From Microcystaceae cyanobacterium (lineage in GTDB: Bacteria > Cyanobacteriota > Cyanobacteriia > Cyanobacteriales > Microcystaceae), in the NCBI GenBank assembly GCA_041746575.1, contig JBGTGT010000025.1, positions 1 through 20,494 on the forward strand: a stretch of 20,494 nt of DNA, given 5' to 3'. Below are positions 19,032-20,494 of this stretch, piece after piece. Within the stretch, counting starts at the first letter, position 1; each line of letters starts with the position of its first letter. The translations under genes and the position numbers were made by a program. The notes under the pieces are model-generated. The model had not been told where the DNA came from. It saw only the letters and a program-made list of their open reading frames with translations, and did no database searches.

Positions 19032-19685
19032 TTATGATCGCTCTAAAATGCCTAAACTTTCTAACAGTTGCGGTTCAGCTTCTAAAGCAATACGGGCAAT
19101 GGCAATAAAGTCACTTAACCAATCGCTTAATTCATTGATCGCTTTATCTCGAACCTTGGTAGCATTTTGAGCATTTCCCTTTTCTTTTTCTTGGGCTAAA
19201 CTGGCAGATTCCACTGCATTCGTTTCGGCTTGAAAGCCTTCTAATTTTGCTTTAGTAATACCGTATTGTTGAAATTCTTTTAAGATAATCGGATTCGTTA
19301 AACTATTAGTATAAAACTGTTTTGCTTGCAATAACCAACCAGAAAAGCTTTCTTTCCGGCTTCCATTCAAGGCTAATTCTGTTATAATTCCAGCATTATT
19401 TTTAAAGGCAACACGAGCAATTTTTAGACACCGCATATAGCTTTCTTTTGCCGTTTTTCAAAGCCGATTAAAGGATTCCGTTGCACTGACTTGTTCCCCA
19501 TATTCTTTACGTTGTTGCTGTTGCGTCTTCAGCGCGGTTTCATAAAGGGTTTTTCCCTGCTGAATCTTTTCGGGGATGTATCCGTAGTCTTTAAGATACC
19601 CTTGGATTTTAGGCGTTGTCAAGGCATTATTAATGGCAACCGAAGCGCGATTTAAAAAGCGGTCAATAGGTTCACTCAATCCCAT
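19032..19685 (-). pseudogene. Helical hypothetical protein (~217 codons) split by one in-frame TGA
   Basis: ORFs 19458-19706 and 19032-19436 share a frame and read ...ESFNRL*KTAKESYMRCLK... ATG 19685 has a GGAGG RBS. Confidence 0.8.
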
Positions 19686-19832
19686 CGTGATTATCCTCCA
19701 AAGCATGACTAAGTTATTTATTCCCTGTGAGGAAGTGTCAGTAATCAGGTTGTAATAATACTTTACTAATGAGGAATGATGGTTAACTCAAGATTGAGGG
19801 TTAAGCGCAAGCCTTGAACCCCTACCATATAA

Positions 19833-19895
19833 TGATGAACGATTGCTCAGGGGTGATGAACGATTGCTTAAGGGTGATGAATGATTGCTCAGAAG
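19833..19895. repeat. Three tandem 21-bp direct repeats
   Basis: TGATGAACGATTGCTCAGGGG / TGATGAACGATTGCTTAAGGG / TGATGAATGATTGCTCAGAAG. Confidence 0.9.
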
Positions 19896-20213
19896 TCGAG
19901 TTTCACAAACGAAGTATTTTTCTAGACGTTAGATGATTCTTACCTTTCTACATTGCTTTGCAGTTCGTGATTCTGCTAAACGATCAGGGATTGTGGTAAC
20001 AAATCGGGCTATATTACCATTAAATCTAATCATTCAGACGGGATGAATTCGCCATGCTAATCCCTTTGTTCATGTCATTATAACCTAAGCACCGGTAAAA
20101 CGCCTTGGACTCAAGACTGCACGAGCGCAAGATTTATTTCGGGGCGGTTGAGGAAACTAAAAATAACAATTTTGTGAAGATTTACTATAGTTGGTGGTTC
20201 TTGTAACTACCAT

Positions 20214-20251
20214 TAATTCATAATTTATAATTTATAATTTATAATTTATAA
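20214..20251. repeat. Heptamer tandem repeat (STRR-like)
   Basis: TAATTCA followed by TAATTTA x4 and a partial TAA, ending 1 nt before ATG 20253. Confidence 0.9.
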
Positions 20252-20252
20252 G

Positions 20253-20494
20253 ATGAAAACTCGTTTAATTTTTCTCCTTGCTACCAGTCTTGGTTTAAAT
20301 GTTGCCTTAATTTCCTCAAGCTTGGCACAAATTGATTTTGGGCAAATGCCATTTACCTCTACAAAGGCAACCCTACTAGCACAAACTCAAGATATCGAAA
20401 CCTTATTACTACAAGCCATTCAATACACCCAACAAGGGAAACCGCTTGATTTTGGGCAAATGCCATTTACCCCTACAAAGGCAACCCTACTAGC
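20253..20494 (+). CDS. N-terminus of a secreted protein, truncated by the window end (possibly TPR-containing)
   Basis: Open frame MKTRLIFLLATSLGLNVALISSSLAQIDFGQMPFTSTKATLLAQTQDIETLLLQAIQYTQQGKPLDFGQMPFTPTKATLL... with a Sec signal ending SLA|Q. Confidence 0.75.
   Translation, partial: MKTRLIFLLATSLGLNVALISSSLAQIDFGQMPFTSTKATLLAQTQDIETLLLQAIQYTQQGKPLDFGQMPFTPTKATLL
20332..20494 (+). repeat. Direct repeat of at least 49 bp, period 114 bp
   Basis: 20332-20380 and 20446-20494 are identical except for one T/C. The second copy runs off the window. Confidence 0.9.

Noticed and set aside
19833..19895. CRISPR array
   Set aside because: The repeats are contiguous 21-mers with no unique spacers, and no cas genes are present.
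19900..20200. Degraded gene remnant
   Set aside because: The frames I translated have frequent stops and no recognisable motif.

Overview
Cyanobacterial chromosomal window, inferred from the gene set and three HIP1 GCGATCGC octamers. Most of it is core genes: purL, a UvrD-family helicase, DAHP synthase, a membrane hypothetical, a pentapeptide-repeat protein, Fe-SOD, tRNA-Gly(TCC), a stand-alone SxtG-like amidinotransferase, an FHA-kinase/PP2C pair, an SDR, a phytol-kinase-like gene, aldose epimerase and tRNA-Lys(TTT). After tRNA-Lys comes an accessory-looking tail with a nonsense-split gene, tandem repeats and a truncated secreted protein. The most interesting signal is at 15295-17139. A tnpB-only IS200/IS605 element (15641-17095, inserted after TTAC, ending TCAA) appears to split a ~390-nt densely base-paired sequence whose 5' and 3' ends pair across the IS. 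I read this as a candidate large structured ncRNA or leader that I cannot assign to a known family. All pairings were found by eye; no folding program or database search was run.
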